The notes beneath the pieces are model-generated. The model did not search any database and had not been told where the DNA came from. It saw only the letters and a list, made by a program, of their open reading frames with translations. Positions 61,961-64,000 of a stretch of DNA of 64,000 nucleotides are shown here, piece after piece. A program made the translations under genes and the position numbers. Position 1 is the first letter of the stretch, and the number at the start of each line of letters is the position of its first letter. Where the stretch lies: positions 97,528,001 through 97,592,000 of the forward strand of contig CM052817.1 in assembly GCA_028534125.1 (NCBI GenBank). Reading direction: 5' to 3'. Source of the stretch: Lama glama. Its lineage: Eukaryota.

Positions 61961-62607
61961 AGTAAGGATGAGTGAATTATAACTGTTTGACATCTGAGAA
62001 TACAGCTTTAGTGTACCAGCAGGATTAAGAGTTTATTTTAGACTGTATATTATTACTGAACACAAGTTACTTTTTGTTGTCAGTTACCTGAATTCTGATA
62101 ATTTCCAAGTAGGCTAGGTTGCCTAGAAAAAATATCATGTATGTCTTCAGGTTTTCAGCAGCGATACAGGCAACAGATAAAGGAGCACGACAGGGTTCTC
62201 TTGGGGATTCTTTTTATTCTCAAATTAGAGAAACAAAATAATGCAAGAGGCTGAGACTTACTTACTAATCTGCTTAAATCTATTCTTCCTAAGGGAGCCA
62301 GAGAGTATATGGAGATTGGTGCTAAACTGCACATTTAGTTTTTGAGAAAAGTCTTCCTGTTCAAGAGGCCTTTGGCTTTTGCTTATGTTCTTGAAAGTTT
62401 TTAAAAGGAAATAGGGCTTCTTTATGACTCTTGGGAGGCTGATAAATTTAAAAGCATAAATTTTTTTCCTAAATACTAATAATTACACTCAAAGGGGTTA
62501 AAATTCAAGTGCCAGCATGACCCAGAAAAAAAAAAAAAACAACAAAAAAGAATCCCCTTAGCAGATAGAGGTTTCATTGCTGTGATGTTGGTAATGAAAT
62601 TTTGGAC

Positions 62608-62788
62608 CTGTCCAACACAGTATTAGAGTGGCCAGATGTGGCTATTTACATTTAAATTAATTATATTAAAATTAAATACAGTTGAAAGTTCAGTGCCTGT
62701 CACACTAGCCAAATTTCAAGTGTTCATGGGTCAATGCAGACAAAGAACACTTCCATCCCCACAGCAAGCTCTATCAGACAGCACTGTG
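62608..62788. mobile_element. MER33/MER3-like hAT-Charlie MITE
   Basis: CTGTCCAACACAG...ATGTGGCTATTTACATTTAAATTAATT...GTCACACTAGCCAAATTTCAAGTGTTCA...TCTATCAGACAGCACTG. Confidence 0.75.
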
Positions 62789-63584
62789 AGAGGATACGAA
62801 ACCACCCCAAAGCACAGCCTGGCGTCACACCCAGACGTGGACAGCCATCTATAGATGATACGTTTTTTAAAGGATACAATAATATTTCAAGGCTGCTTTT
62901 GTGTTTGTTAAATGTTGTCACAATGGGGCTGAGTTGCCACACAGTCTTGGGCTACACTTTCTCCTATAGGACAAATAATACTACAAGCTGTTTTCCAAAT
63001 AACGAAGAATGGGACTGAGGGGTAGAAGAACTAGAAAAAGCAGATGGGAAGGGGGAAGTTTAGAGCATTAATTTCTTGGGATAGGGAGCGTATTGCCACG
63101 TCTGTGTTTGTTCCTCTGGCCGAATTTTCTTCCTGTCGCATGCCTGGTCCCTTCTCATTCATAATACCATTACACCCCTGAGCCACTCTATAACATGGGT
63201 TGAAGCTAAGTCTGTGCCTGGAGGAGCCCTGGACGTGGCCCAGCCCATTTTGCAGAGCAGCTCGGGAGCTCAGTTGTGTTATGAATGGAGAGCAACCAGG
63301 CACGTGACAGGAAGAAGTGGGGATTGAAGATGTAAGAACAGGGGCAACACCCATTTTACAGCAGAGATTTTCTGTTGGGTAGCAAAGGGTGGGGAGCGCA
63401 GAGTGGGAGAGGATTGTGACACAAAGCATCTGTAAATTCCGCCCGCCACAGCTATCCAAGATGGTACAGTATACAGATACAGGTACTTAGCAAGTTACAA
63501 ATCACAACATACATAGCATTTACGGAAGAGGAGTCTATACAGTTGGGAGCATGAGGAATGGACATTTCGTTAAGTCATCATATC

Positions 63585-64000
63585 ACATGCACCTCAGTGT
63601 TCACAGCAGCTCTATTTACAACAGACAAGACATGGAAGCAACCTCAATGTCCATCGACAGATGACTGGATAAAGATGTGATGTATGTGTATACAATGGAA
63701 CGCTACTCAACCAAAAAAAAGAATGAAATAATGCCATTTGCAGCAGCATGGATGGACCTGGAGATCATTATTCTAAATGAAATAATTCAGACAGATCATA
63801 TGATATCACTCATATGTGGAGTCTAAAAAAAATGACACAAATGAATTTATTTACAAAACAGAAACAGACTTACAGACATAGATAACAAACTTACAGTTAC
63901 CAGAGGAGGAAGGGGTGGAGGAAGACATAAATTGGGAGTTTGAGATTTGCAGATACTAACTACTATATATGAAGTAGGTAAACAACAAGTTTGTACCATA
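63585..64000 (+). mobile_element. L1 3' region, runs off the window end
   Basis: ACATGCACCTCAGTGTTCACAGCAGC...AATGTCCATCGACAGATGACTGGATAAAG...GGGAGTTTGAGATTTGCAGATACTAAC. Confidence 0.92.

Noticed and set aside
63031..63459. Longest ORF in the track (142 aa, minus strand)
   Set aside because: Non-ATG start, no recognisable domain, and a length compatible with chance in a GC-richer patch.
1..64000. Prokaryote-style systems (CRISPR array, operon, defence or toxin-antitoxin locus) or a novel multi-gene system
   Set aside because: The sequence is mammalian (L1, L2, MIR, MaLR); no regularly spaced repeat-spacer array, and no ORF above 142 aa.

Overview
Mammalian nuclear DNA, AT-rich and repeat-dense, with the character of a large intron or an intergenic region. 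The only young SINE seen is a ~120-140 bp tRNA-derived element ending in AAACCTAATTACCTCCC-polyA, which resembles the camelid vic-1 family. I saw no Alu, Bov-tA/BovB, PRE-1 or Can-SINE, so the likely source is a camelid (inference). Much of the window is interspersed repeat: young artiodactyl-type L1 3' ends, old L1M, L2, MIR, MLT1/LTR16 LTRs and hAT/TcMar MITEs. None of the supplied ORFs looks like a real protein. By eye there are three candidate minus-strand exons: a TATA/Inr/Kozak first exon near 941-1190, and two putative 5'UTR exons at 20.5-21.0 kb overlapping an IRF/NF-kB/CRE motif cluster. I cannot name the gene. I found no new biological system. The best-supported unusual signals are DNA repair and retrotransposition scars: a 59-bp local templated insertion inside a (TA)n tract next to chained inverted repeats, a ~270-bp templated insertion in an old L1, a probable gene-conversion tract between two neighbouring L1s, a twin-primed (5'-inverted) L1, and a tail-less internal L1 fragment with TSDs. 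Repeat subfamily names are from memory of consensus sequences and boundaries are approximate.
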